DNA of 64,000 bases from Squalus acanthias (taxonomy: Eukaryota): the NCBI GenBank assembly GCA_030390025.1, contig CM059433.1:2852001-2916000 (forward strand), read 5' to 3'. A program made the position numbers and the translations under genes. Shown here in pieces: positions 63,503 through 64,000 of the stretch. Within the stretch, counting starts at the first letter, position 1, and each line of letters opens with the position of its first letter. Below the pieces are notes generated by a model. That model was given only the letters and a program-made list of their open reading frames with translations, had not been told where the DNA came from and made no database searches.

Positions 63503-64000
63503 GACAGATTGCCATGTTAAAGTGGAGCAGGGTAGAGGTTTGTGCTCAAAGGCCAGCTGTCAAAATGTATTCTTTCTAAATTGGGTCGAATTTCCGTATG
63601 CACTTGCATCCTTTTCCAGGATATGTATAATTGGTAGCTGCCGCTGCTATTGCTTTCACTCTCCCGCTCTGTCTTGTCTCATGTCAATTTTATAAAACAT
63701 TGCCACTATATCAATGCTGTCACCTGTCAGACTTTTACCCTTTGCTTCCATCAAATGCATCCATCCCTCCCTCTCAACATTGTCCAAAATATTTGTTTGT
63801 CTATTCTTTGCTTTTGACTGTCCAATTTTGACACGTCCGCTGCTCTCCAACCTTGGAAATTATACTAAGTTGGCATCTGACCCAAAGGGCCACAGGAATG
63901 ATCTATTCGCATGGAGGTGCAAAGCCGGGGAAGAGTGCTGCAGAGGTAGAGGGCTTTAATGCACCAGTTCAGTGTGGGGAAGCAGACTTCACTTAGCTGG

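Noticed and set aside
1..64000. Prokaryotic-type systems (Cas, TnpB/Fanzor, retron, operons)
   Set aside because: No such motifs in any ORF; all RT, endonuclease and transposase motifs map to known eukaryotic TE clades

Overview
Eukaryotic, vertebrate-type DNA. The repeat inventory (CR1/HER1-type LINEs with (TTCTATGT/A)n tails, Deu-domain SINEs, Penelope elements, Harbinger derivatives) points to a cartilaginous fish, most likely a shark; this is inference, not a database result. Most of the window is transposon-derived and often nested: many CR1 copies, a second CR1/L2-group LINE family, L2, RTE and Tx1 fragments, DeuSINEs, a decayed two-gene Harbinger (Myb + DDE transposase) and many Harbinger-type MITEs. 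It also holds one nearly intact Penelope element plus Penelope derivatives carrying minimal hammerhead-ribozyme motifs, and two large TG...CA solo LTRs with 4-bp TSDs. I recognise no intact host gene; nearly all listed ORFs are TE fragments or antisense shadows. The most notable items are: (1) hammerhead motifs with visible covariation, including a 218-bp palindromic double-ribozyme mini-element; (2) a 1.48-kb solo LTR with foamy-virus-like layout; (3) an unexplained 89-bp inverted repeat at 36.0/37.5 kb, near where LINE orientation flips; (4) a MITE with a perfect hairpin, NRF1/GC boxes and triple splice donors; (5) a 20x26-bp satellite grown from a LINE 3' stem-loop. I cannot claim a new biological system from sequence alone. 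Repeat boundaries are approximate unless a TSD is given.
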